Source of the DNA: Rebecca billardiae RCC1528
Lineage: Eukaryota; Protista; Haptophyta
Reading direction: 5' to 3'
Length of the DNA stretch: 64,000 nucleotides
NCBI GenBank assembly: GCA_965240325.2
Contig: OZ251225.1
Span: forward strand, 2,356,001-2,420,000
A program made the translations under genes and the position numbers. Of the stretch, positions 11,609-21,532 are shown piece after piece (the first letter of the stretch is position 1; each line of letters starts with the position of its first letter). Below the pieces are notes generated by a model. It ran no database searches and was not told where the DNA came from. It saw only the letters and a program-made list of their open reading frames with translations.

Positions 11609-13294
11609 TCACCGAGAAGATGATCTCGCCACTGCAGCAGGCATCATCTCTACCCACTCGATGCGTCCTTCGAGCAGCTGCTGACGCTGGGCCGTGCCTT
11701 CAGAGTGCGGCCCAAGACGCCGGTGCTCCGAAGCATGCTCGCCCTCGGCGCCCATCGAGGCGTGCGACGCAGATGTTGGAAGCAGGCGATCGTCGTCTCT
11801 CGGCGCGGGCGACAGCTGGGACCCCCCGCTGCACCCTCTGCGGCGGGCAGCCAGGCTCGCGCCGTCGGACGCATCGTCGTCGCCGTGGACATCCTCGAGG
11901 CTCTGCGGTGGGATCCGCTGCCTGCGGCCCCCGCGCGAGCCGAGTCGAGCCTGCGCGCAGCAGGCGAGTGCAAAGCAGAGAGCCGCGCACACGATTACGA
12001 CAATTGTAAGGGTTGTCGCGAACGTCGCCTTGGGAGCCGTCGGCCGGGTTGAGAGCTCGGGGCCGCCCGATGCTGCCTGTAGTGGGGGCGGCGCTGACGG
12101 CGGCGTGGACGGCGGTGATGGCGGCGGCCGCGGTGGCAAGGGAGGCTGCGGTGGCGATGGTGGGCACAGAGGCAGGGCGTAGGTTATACCCGGCCCGTAG
12201 GACATCGGCCCTCCGCACAGCGCGTTGCCCGAAAGGTCCATGACGCGCAGGCTTGACAGGCCGGCAATCTCGGTCGGTGTGGCGCCCTGGAGGGCATTGC
12301 CGTACAGGTACAAGTCGGCGAGCGAGGTCACTGCGCCAATCTCGGTCGGCACCGGACCGGAGAGCGCATTGCGCGAGACGGCGAGGTCAGTGAGGCGTGC
12401 CAGTGATCCCAGCTCCGTCGGCAGCGTGCGCGTGAGCGAGTTCACCTCGAGCGACAGCCACAGCAGTCGCGTCAAGCTGCCAAGCTCCGTTGGGAGGCTT
12501 CCGGTGAGCGAGGCGTACCGTACGGCGAGCGCGGTGAGCTGCGCCATGGCTCCCACCTCGGTCGGCAGCGAGCCTGTGAGTGAAGTGCGCGAGATGGCGA
12601 GGTAGCTCAGCCGGGTCAGAGTCGCCAGCAAGACCACGGGGACTGCGCCGGTGATCGAGTTGCGCGAGAGCGACAGGTGCGAGAGCTGCGCAAGCGCCGC
12701 GTACTCCGAAGGCACGCTGCCCGCGAGCGAGTTCTTGTAGATGGACAAGTGGGTGAGCCCCGTGAGCGCGCCGACCTCGGTGGGCAGCGGGCCAGTGAGC
12801 GAGTTGTCGCGCAGCCATGCCGTCGTAAGGCCAGTCAGCCCGCCCAGCTCCGTCGGCAAGGAACTGTCTAGCGAGCTGTCATGTGCGTAAAGGATCTCTA
12901 GGCGTGTCAGCTGCCCGAGCTCGCTCGGCATTTGACCGGTGAACGCGCAGCTGTACAGTCCCAGCGCAGTGAGGCCGGTCAGCAAGCCAAGCTCTGTGAC
13001 GAGAGGCCCTGTGAGCGGGGATCCGTGCACGTCGAGCACGGTCAAGCCCGTCATGCCCCCCAGTTCGGTCGGCATCGTCCCCGAGAGCTCATACGAGTCG
13101 CCGCTGATAAAGAGGCCATCGACGCACGCCCCGCCTGAGCACATTTCCTGCAGCCTTGACGCGAAGGGCGTGCGCGCATGTGCCACGGAGGGGACGAAGG
13201 CGAGGGCCACTACCGCCCTCGTCGCTGCCGACGCACGCGTCGGTGCACACAACGTGGCGCGGCGAGAAGGGGCACGCTGGCACGCCGAGGTCAT
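11609..13294 (-). CDS. Plant-type LRR receptor-like protein (LRR ectodomain, Pro-rich stalk, one TM, no kinase)
   Basis: Single ORF, first ATG at 13294. Hydrophobic N-terminal stretch, roughly 14 repeats of LxxLxLxxNxLTGxLPTELGxL, PPSPP stalk, TM TLTIVVIVCAALCFALACC, short tail. Confidence 0.85.
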   Translation of the reverse strand: MTSACQRAPSRRATLCAPTRASAATRAVVALAFVPSVAHARTPFASRLQEMCSGGACVDGLFISGDSYELSGTMPTELGGMTGLTVLDVHGSPLTGPLVTELGLLTGLTALGLYSCAFTGQMPSELGQLTRLEILYAHDSSLDSSLPTELGGLTGLTTAWLRDNSLTGPLPTEVGALTGLTHLSIYKNSLAGSVPSEYAALAQLSHLSLSRNSITGAVPVVLLATLTRLSYLAISRTSLTGSLPTEVGAMAQLTALAVRYASLTGSLPTELGSLTRLLWLSLEVNSLTRTLPTELGSLARLTDLAVSRNALSGPVPTEIGAVTSLADLYLYGNALQGATPTEIAGLSSLRVMDLSGNALCGGPMSYGPGITYALPLCPPSPPQPPLPPRPPPSPPSTPPSAPPPLQAASGGPELSTRPTAPKATFATTLTIVVIVCAALCFALACCAQARLGSRGGRRQRIPPQSLEDVHGDDDASDGASLAARRRGCSGGSQLSPAPRDDDRLLPTSASHASMGAEGEHASEHRRLGPHSEGTAQRQQLLEGRIEWVEMMPAAVARSSSR

Positions 13295-13427
13295 GGCGAT
13301 ACTCCGTTCTTCGGCTTGCTCGGCACTCTGCAGGTGTACTACAGTACCGTACTTCACGGAGTCCGGTGGACATCAGTCCTGTGTACGGACGGTAGCGGAA
13401 GGCGCTGATGCCGAAAGCTTATTATAA

Positions 13428-13507
13428 CAGTTTTCTTTAGATTAATAAGAGACGCACACAGCTCAGGCGGGCGAGATCTGTGTGCGTCTCTTATTCAGAG
13501 TAAACTG
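13428..13507. mobile_element. 80-bp MITE-like hairpin with Tc1/mariner-like CAGT...ACTG termini
   Basis: CAGTTT...TAAGAGACGCACACAG + 16-bp loop CTCAGGCGGGCGAGAT + CTGTGTGCGTCTCTTATTCAGAGTAAACTG. Confidence 0.6.
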
Positions 13508-14006
13508 CACCCGTGCGCTCCCAGTCCCCGGCGCGGGCAACGGCGCGGCGCAGGGCCGACGAATCTCCATCGAGCCATCGTTGCTCCTCGACGCTCCGCG
13601 CCGTCAAGGAACGCTGGGCGTGCAAGCCCAGCAGGCCAGCAGTTAGCAAAGCGGCGCGCCTGGCCGAGCTGTTAGACTGAAGAAGAAGCGTGGGTGCTCC
13701 CTACCGCGCGTGTGGGCGATAGGTCCACCGGAAGCGACCAGGCGGGGCTAGGACCGCCCCGAAGGGGCGAGGCGGACGGTGTCACATGACGGATGATGGG
13801 TCAGGCAGCCCCGAACCCAGGGTTTGGGGCTCCGGACTGGCCGAGTGATAGTGCCGGATCGAGTGGCCTCCGCCGGTACGTACGGGTAGATGCGGAAACT
13901 TACCCGCGACTCCTGTGGAACGGTGTCACCGAGGACTGGTGCCCAGTCTGACACGAGCGTCGACCGCTCACCGCTGCCGACCTGGCCTGCGCCAGCCCTC
14001 TGGGCG

Positions 14007-14410
14007 GACCGAGACTCGCCTCCGGGCGACGACTTGGATGACGAGGAGGGGACGCAGCGGGGGGAGGGGGGGGGGGCGAAACGCTCTGTCCCAGCCGCAG
14101 CAGCGCATGCCGCCCCCAGCCTGCCAACTGAGCAGACGTGCAAGCGGCATACGCGCAAGTGACCCCAGCAGGGAGCACACTGTGGACAGCTGGACCAGCT
14201 GCCACCAGCGGCTTAGCCTGCTGGGCGGCGCAGGAAGTCCATGCGAGCCACGCAGCCCAGGTGGATCACTCCACAGCAGCTCAAGCCGCGCTCATGCTGT
14301 TCGATCGCGGAGTGGGCGGTGCTCTGCCACCATGCCAAATTGGGCTCCGCCGACTGCGAATCAGGAGGCCTGCGCTGTCATGCCTGCGGCATGAAATAAG
14401 CATAGAATCA
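14007..14410 (+). repeat. Dispersed repeat family A, copy 1
   Basis: Matches 28698-29120 (CCGAGACTCGCC..GGGCGACGACTTGGA.GACGAGGAG; TCCATGCGAGCC.CGCAGC.CAGGTGGATC; end ATAGAAT) and 36523-36732. Confidence 0.8.
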
Positions 14411-14887
14411 GTCATTATGTTCACGCCGGCCACCGGCCACCGGCCTCAGGAGTCATTCGGTATCATCATCTTTACATCGTGTGCGCAAGCTCACCTGATG
14501 TCGGAACACCGACGACGAGCGCTGCGCACGGGCCCGGGCCGCGCCGCGCCAGAACGCGTCACTGTGCCAGTGGCAGTGCCGCATCGGCGCCTACGATTTG
14601 ATCCATTGTCGACTCCAATGCAGCAGCCTGGCCAGTGGGCTCTCTGCCAGCGCGCGCAGGGCCTTTCCAGCCTGACTCCTGCCAGCTAGTCACCGTACTG
14701 TCACCACAGCGGCGGCGCGGCTCCGGGGTGCCAGGCGGGAGTGCGACGGACAGTGCGTCCCGTGTGCTGGGCCCGCCATGGTCATGATATGCAGGGTAAT
14801 TCGTCGCGGTCCGGAAAACCAATGTCGTTACAGAACTTACAGCAGCCAATTTTCTCGTTGCCCGCGGCTCACGCCCCGCCGCCGACC

Positions 14888-16192
14888 ATGGCGTACCACA
14901 TCCTCACATCTTACGGCGGCGACAACCGCGACTGGGGGCGGCTCCTGCGCGACGAACGCGCCGCCTTCCTCGACTTTGTGCCCGATCAGTCAACACACGA
15001 GCTCCTCACGGAGCAGCTCGGCCAGCTCAGGCGAGAGCGGAACAAGCTTGTCAACGTGAATGCCGACTTCCGCTGGGAGGTTGCAGCGCGCCCGCCGACG
15101 GCCGCGCCGGACGTGCCGCCGTCGCGGCGCCGCACACCGACGCCCAAGGCGAATTCAAGACGTGCACCCGGTTTCGATCAGCGCAGACCGCCACCATGGC
15201 TCCTCAACGAGCCGTGGGCACCACCTGATCTCACACAGCCCGCCCAGGAATCACAACGGCCGCGCGATGACAGGCTTGAGTCGACCGCAGCCTGCTTATC
15301 GCAAGGGGCACCCGGTCCGTTCTACCTCGCCCGCCCACCTGTGCGTCGAATGCCCGAGTGCGACGCGCCCGTCGACGTGGACGGCCTGCGTCGTCGCGTC
15401 GTCCCTGACCGACCCTCGGGTGCGGAGGAGACGGCGCGCGGCCAGGCGAGCCATGTGACCGCGGCGGACGTCTGGCGCAACGCTGCGCCAGACAGCGTGC
15501 AGGAGCTGCGCCGGAGGCGATCGGCCGCAGCGCAGACGACGCATGCGCAGAATCCGCAGCGGCCCGCGCTGCACTCGCGCGTGAAGACGGAGGGCGCGCT
15601 GCACGGCGAGCGCACGCGCGAGCGCGCGAAAGCGGCTGATGTATGGCACGAGCCGGGCTCCCTGGGCCTCGCCTCGTTGGCGTACGCGCTCGCGCCTAAG
15701 ACGGCAGCCAACACCTACGTCGCGCCCGAGGAGGGCCGCACGGTGGAGATGCTGCAGCAGCCCAACCTCAACGGTCGGCAGATCAAGTACAAGGCATACG
15801 AGAAGATCCTCGAGTCGGGCAAGCTGAGGAGGGATGACGAGCCGCCGCTGTCGGCGCCTCCGGCGCGCGCGCGCACGGGCGGCGACGATGCGAGGCAGCA
15901 GGGCGAGGTGTTCTCGCCGACCCACACGTACGCGGACCTTCTCGAGCGCCTTCGCGAGCGCCCCGTCCCGGGCTTCACGGGGCGTTGGCGCGGCAACACA
16001 ACCATGCCGCCTCCAGGCAGCAAGAGCACGAGCACGCGCGTGCCCATAGGCGCACTGCCGGGAGCAGACCACCTGCCCCCGAGCAAGGCAGAGCGGCTGC
16101 ACAAGCTGAAGCTGCGTATGCAGGCGGAGTCCGTGCGCGAGGCGATGCGCGAAGCAGATGAAATGCGCCGGCCCAAGCGGCACTCGCCGTGA
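14888..16192 (+). CDS. Hypothetical protein (MAYHILTSYGGDNRDWGR...)
   Basis: 434-codon ORF from ACCATGG, host-like codon usage, coiled-coil-like segments; no domain recognised. Confidence 0.65.
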   Translation: MAYHILTSYGGDNRDWGRLLRDERAAFLDFVPDQSTHELLTEQLGQLRRERNKLVNVNADFRWEVAARPPTAAPDVPPSRRRTPTPKANSRRAPGFDQRRPPPWLLNEPWAPPDLTQPAQESQRPRDDRLESTAACLSQGAPGPFYLARPPVRRMPECDAPVDVDGLRRRVVPDRPSGAEETARGQASHVTAADVWRNAAPDSVQELRRRRSAAAQTTHAQNPQRPALHSRVKTEGALHGERTRERAKAADVWHEPGSLGLASLAYALAPKTAANTYVAPEEGRTVEMLQQPNLNGRQIKYKAYEKILESGKLRRDDEPPLSAPPARARTGGDDARQQGEVFSPTHTYADLLERLRERPVPGFTGRWRGNTTMPPPGSKSTSTRVPIGALPGADHLPPSKAERLHKLKLRMQAESVREAMREADEMRRPKRHSP

Positions 16193-16483
16193 ATGCCATC
16201 ATATATATACGTGCTGCTGATCATTGATGATGCCGCTCACGCAGCCGCGCTGTCTGGCACTCTGCGCCCATTCCAGGCGCCCACGGCCACGGCGGCCCCC
16301 GGCACGGGCACGCGGGCCACGGTGCCCTCCTAGTCCTGCGCCCTAAAAAACGACAGCGAGCAGGTTGCTCATCCGATCTCTTCCACGATGGAGATATCGC
16401 GGCCGAAATCAATTACCCGCGGTAATTGCGCCGGTAATTGGGCGCGGCGGCCGTCGGCCGGAGGGGATTGCGCCCGTGCAGCC

Positions 16484-17373
16484 ATGGCCTTCATCGACCC
16501 CTTCCTCGATGCGCACGCCGTCTACTGGACGGTGGCTCTGTTTGGGAGCTTCCTCTTGATGCTCATGCTGTTCAGCGCGGGTGGGCCGTGCAAGCACAAG
16601 TCTGGCCAGGCCGCGCACCACCTCACGATGGTGATACCTTTCGCGTACCTGTCGATCATGGGCATGCGGCTGTGGCCGCAGGTGACCGGGATGGTGGCCG
16701 ACAGTGCGCACGCCAGGATGTTCTTCCAAGTCGACGCCATGCAGTTCTACGCGCCAACCATGCTTGGCCTTCAGGTCTTTGACCTGTCCACCACCATCAT
16801 CTTGCCTGGCATGCGCAAACCCGACGCGATCGCTCACCACGCTGTCTCTCTGTACCTGGCGTATCAGCTCACGAGCAACGGCTTCCTGCACTACTGGGAG
16901 CCCTTCTACTTCGGGCTGCTCGAGCTCAGCTCGGTGCCGCTCTGCTTTGTCGACTTCTTCCGCGCCTTCCCCGCCCTCTCAAAGCGCTTCGACGCGGTGA
17001 ACGAGGTCGTGCGCCTCTCATTTGCGGCGACGTTCATCCCCGTGCGCTGCCTGTACATGCCGTACATCTCCTACTTCTGGTGGAGGGACTTCCTCTCGTG
17101 CGCGCGCGAGCGAGCGCGGCGTGACACGCGCGTGTGCGAGCGCGGCCGCCCCCGGGGGGCTCACGATCTCGCCTCGCTCCCTGCGTGCCCGTGTCGCACA
17201 GGCTGTACGCTGCCAAGGACAAGACACTGACGGCCCACTTTAGCCTCTTCTGCGTGTTTGGTGCCATCAACATCTTCCTCTGCGGCATCCAGCAGTACTG
17301 GGGGTACAAGGTGATCAACGCGGCCATGAAGATGGTGAAGGGTGACAAGCGCGGCCGCGAGAAGGAGTATTGA
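16484..17373 (+). CDS. TLC (TRAM/LAG1/CLN8) domain membrane protein
   Basis: Exons 16484-17097 and 17202-17373; multiple TMs; motifs AIAHH, ELSSVPL and FAATFIPVR. Confidence 0.85.
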
Positions 17374-17686
17374 TTGATAATCCATGACTCGTCGCTCCTC
17401 ACGAGACATGGATGCGGACTGCGACGGCCAAGTTGAAGTCACTTGAAGTGCAGTCTCCTCAGTGAATCCAGAACGTACGGTCCTCTCTGACCGTCGCTGA
17501 GCACATGAGCACTGGCTGGGCGCTGTCACCGCGGCTCGGTCTGTAATACCAGCATGGCGATGAGTACGGCCCGAGCCGCGCCGCCTAATATCGAATATCG
17601 AAGCAGGACGACCAGGCCGGAGCCTGACGAGGCTGACCCAGTCTGATGCCGCAGCGTCCCGGGCAGCGTGATCCCGATGGCACTGG

Positions 17687-18886
17687 TCACCTGTGACTCT
17701 GCCTCTGGTCAGGACCAGCCTGATGAGTGGCTGATGAGCCGGCAGGCTGGCTAGCGCGGGGCGGGCGGGGCATGACCACCTCGGCGGTGCGTGCGTGCGT
17801 GCCGGGATTCGTGCGATCGTAGGTGCCGGCTAGATCGCTGCGTGCGCTGAGGACAGTGAGCTGAAACCCCCGAGCGATCGTGGGCTGCGATACGAGAGGC
17901 AGGCGGTACGGCTTGCATGCGGGGGCGCGTTGTCTTCGCGCATCGGGGGCGGGGCCAGCGAACGTGTGATCGGGTAGCTCGGCGAAGGTGGTGCAGAGCC
18001 TGAACGGTCGCCTGGGCTCGTCTCTGCCCTCCCGCGCCACGTAGCGGAGCAGATGGGCCAGGGCCACATTCTCCGGGAGCGCATCGAAGGGGATGCCACG
18101 CAGGTGAAAGCGCAGCGCGCGGTCGCACAGGCTGCGCTGGGGGATCGTGCACAGGTTGTCCTTCGGCTTACTCGAGCCGTTGAGGAACCACGTCCCCGTG
18201 ATGTGCGCAGGACGCGGCGGGGGGCGCGGGGGCGACTCAAGGCACCCTTCCCACTCGGCACATCGCTCACCTGGCCTTGGTCGGAACATCAGCCAGTCGC
18301 GGATCCGCGCGGGCGGGCAGAGGAGAAAGCCATGGTCCCAGTCCCGATTGTGGAAGAAGTACTTGCGGAGCACGGAGCCACCGATGATGCTCGCCCCGCG
18401 ATGGGTGGCGCAGAGTTTAGCCGGGTTGAGCGCGCGGAAGCGATTGCCATCGGGCTTCGAGATGAGGATCGCATCGGGACGCAGGGCGAGGATGGAGTTG
18501 TACTGCGGCAGTGTCAGATTTGACGAGCGGACAAGGTCGCGAACGCGCGCGTCGAGCGCGTCGCCATTCTCGGCCTTGGCCTGCAGAGGGGCGTCCATGA
18601 CGAGCCGCAGCCGGTGGGCATACGCTTGCCTGATCGTCACGAGCAGCGATGCAGGGGAGCGCTCACCGGCCTGCGCAAACATGTCGAGCGAAGTGTGGAT
18701 GGCGACATCAGCCACAACTATGCCCGCAGCCTCGAGGGCGTCCAGCTGCAGCTCCTGCACCAGAACGGGCCACGCGTGGCGGAACGTGCGCATGAGTCCG
18801 GCCAGGATGATGAGCATGCGGTGCGGCTGCTGCCCACGGCGAGGGGTTGTGGGACCCCCCTTGCCGGCCCCGGCCGGCGCCGCCAT
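17687..18886 (-). CDS. Hypothetical protein, possibly glycosyltransferase-like
   Basis: Long ORF; LIILAGLMRTF and ILALRPDAIL resemble motifs of uncharacterised GT-like algal proteins (weak). Confidence 0.55.
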   Translation of the reverse strand: MAAPAGAGKGGPTTPRRGQQPHRMLIILAGLMRTFRHAWPVLVQELQLDALEAAGIVVADVAIHTSLDMFAQAGERSPASLLVTIRQAYAHRLRLVMDAPLQAKAENGDALDARVRDLVRSSNLTLPQYNSILALRPDAILISKPDGNRFRALNPAKLCATHRGASIIGGSVLRKYFFHNRDWDHGFLLCPPARIRDWLMFRPRPGERCAEWEGCLESPPRPPPRPAHITGTWFLNGSSKPKDNLCTIPQRSLCDRALRFHLRGIPFDALPENVALAHLLRYVAREGRDEPRRPFRLCTTFAELPDHTFAGPAPDARRQRAPACKPYRLPLVSQPTIARGFQLTVLSARSDLAGTYDRTNPGTHARTAEVVMPRPPRASQPAGSSATHQAGPDQRQSHR

Positions 18887-18993
18887 CGTGGACGACGATC
18901 CCAATGTACCGGATGAGTCGATGCAGTCGCCGGATGGGATGCACCCGGACTGCTGCTCACCACACTTGAGAGTGACGGGCTCCGGCCGTCGCC

Positions 18994-19283
18994 ATGCTTG
19001 CCCCATTCCTCTCCCCGGCTCTCTGGCGGCGAGCCCCGTCGCTGCTCTCGTCGACGCGCCTGTTCAAGGTGAAAGCGTCCGTGAAGAAGCTCTGCGACGC
19101 GTGCTACATCGTGAAACGCCGCGGGCGCGTGTTTGTGCTGTGCAAGCGGGACCCAAAGGTGCGTGCCAGTGTGCGCGGCACGCTCACATGTCAGCGAGGG
19201 CTCGCAAACTGAGCTCACGAACCCTCGCACCCTTCACGCGTGCGTCGTCGCGCCTCCTGCAGCACAAGCAACGACAGGGCTAA
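18994..19283 (+). CDS. MRPL36: Mitochondrial ribosomal protein bL36m
   Basis: Exons 18994-19158 and 19263-19283; presequence followed by [32 protein letters not shown]|HKQRQG*. Confidence 0.93.
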
Positions 19284-20053
19284 GAGCAGTATGACCGGCT
19301 GGCTTTGCATTCATCGGTTTCCCCCAAACCTTGATCAACTGTGCAGTGATGTGCTCACATTGAGTCGTACTCCTCTCTGCAGCCAAGCGCCCCGCGGAGC
19401 AATCGGGACCTCGTCGTGCCGCCGTCTGGTCGTCTCCCACTGCTCATGTGGCTCATCGCTTGACCGTCGCGGTCGTTGACACCTGTGAGCTTTTGGCAGC
19501 CTCCTTGGCCGAGTCGGTTCGACGTGACCAACTCGCCTCAAGTCACGGAGCCGAGTACGGTAGTCTGAACTCGGCTGACTGAGTCTGACTGGAAACTGAG
19601 GATCCGTCGCTTCAGCAGATGACGATCGAATTTCTGGCCCTGTGCCCGACGAGTGACGCCCGATCCTCGACGTACTGTACGTAGGTTTAAGAATCACGAC
19701 TACGGACCACCGGTCACCGACCCGAGGGCGACCCGAGCACGACAGTCCCGAGCTGGAGTAGCTACTGGAATCAGTGAGCCGCCATTGTCAGCCGTGCCCG
19801 TCAGTGACCCGTCAGAGCCGGACGGTCTGTTCGTCGATGATCGCACTGCCGCTCATGCCTCATCATCGGGCGGCGCTCATCGGCTGACTGCACAGTGCAC
19901 TGTGCACAGACCACAGTCGTCAGTCACTGTCGTCTACTGTCACAGTGCGCGGCTAATGTGCTCCGTGCTCGGCCGGTGCTCCGTGCTCGGCCCGGGAAAG
20001 TGCCTCGCGGATCTGCCATATCAGGGCCAGGCGCGGATCCGGCCTCAGGAGTC

Positions 20054-20155
20054 AGGGTACTGCCTGCGCCGGTCTGTTTTGTGGCGGTGTCTTCGTGCAG
20101 TGTTGGATGGCGTCAATCTGAATCAAGCCTTATAACCAAGTGTGCACGTTAAAAC
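20054..20155 (+). repeat. Dispersed repeat family B, copy 1
   Basis: GCCGGTCTGT.TTGTGGCGGT...GTGCAGTGTTGGATGGCGTCA...CACGTTAAA shared with 31813-31920; a degenerate inverted copy lies at about 37005-37090. Confidence 0.7.
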
Positions 20156-20220
20156 ATATATATATATATATATATGGTAAACTGTAACCTAAACCGGGTT
20201 GTCTAAAGCCTTCTAGTATC

Positions 20221-21502
20221 ATGGCCCGCGGTGCAGGGCGGAGCGCGCAGCGTGGAGCCCGCACCAGCGGGCCCGAACCACTTTTCAAAAAGATCTTTGA
20301 TCAAGAAAAAAGGGACGGGGGCGATTTTTAGGGCTGGCGGAGACCGAGTTTCGAGTTTTTAAGATCGCATAGAGAGGTCAATTAGGCCGAAAAACACCGC
20401 GTCCACGATATTCCCTAAGTAAAGTGCGATCTGGACGTCAGCCGGACGTGACTTTAACGTAACGATTCGTTACGAGCGAATCGTATTCGTCGTCCCGGAT
20501 CGCGTGACGTCCGGACTGGGCCACATCCGGTAATCGTCGGAGGTGACGTGCCCCGGCACGATGGCGGATGCGGGACGGCGCCTGCACGTGCCTCCGGACC
20601 CGCCTCCCGCTTGCTGCTCACGCAGTCAGCTGCGACCGACCGTGGCGCATGATCGCAGAAGCAGTGCCGGCAGTACGGCCTGCATCAGCTAGTGCCGCGC
20701 CGTCGTGGCGCGCGCGGTAGTACTAGTAGTCAGCGCGTTCATGCAGCGCTCGCCGCTCGGCGACGGCACGCGCGTGCGGCTCAGGTGTGTCAAATGCGGT
20801 CTCGTCGGCGCGCTTTCGCCTGCCACCTCGTGCACCCGTGCCGCCAGTTTCATCGTCTTCATGAGGACTGCTGCTGCTGTCGCCATCCGCTCTCCATCAC
20901 CCCGAGTCGCGCGGCGCGCGCGGTACGGGCAGGGCGTACGGTCACTGGCACCTGGCGTGCAACGGGTCAAGTGGCCAGAGTACGTCTGGTCGTTGGCTGG
21001 CACGGGCCGCAGCGCTAAATCACCCTGCTGTCACACCCGACTCCTTCAGTACTCCGAGCTCCGCGGCACGACTCACTCGGCACGATCGCGGACGGGTCGG
21101 ATCCGAGCTGATCAGCCAGAGTTGCGGACAGTTTGGCAGCTCGGAGCTACTAGCTAGTAGTAATTCCGATGCCGATGGCACGATCGCGGACGGGTCGGAT
21201 CCGAGCTGATCAGCCAGTTGGATATTTGGCAGCTAGTTGTCAGACGGACGTCCGATTTGACGACCGGTGCCGGGTGCGGTCTCAGGTCCGCTGCTGTGAT
21301 TGTGTGAAGTGTGAATCATGAGTCTCGCGGTCGCGCAGGCAGGCGGGCGACGGTCGGACTAATATATAGCTTCAGCAGTCATCTCAGAACCGACTTCAAC
21401 TGGCGAACTGCCACTACGGCGGAGAGCCGCGATTGCACGGCCACCGCGGGCCCCCAACTGCGTTGATTCTATGCAGAAAAGGACCGCGGAACGCGGTCAT
21501 AA
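20221..21502 (+). mobile_element. Non-autonomous Helentron/HINE-like element, copy 2
   Basis: Same left end as 587; sub-terminal inverted repeat at 20223-20233 and 21442-21452; perfect hairpin GACCGCG-GAA-CGCGGTC at 21482-21498; internal ~40-bp direct repeat at about 21079 and 21177. Confidence 0.6.
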
Positions 21503-21532
21503 CTCATCATCATCTAAGACCGTAAGTCCTCG

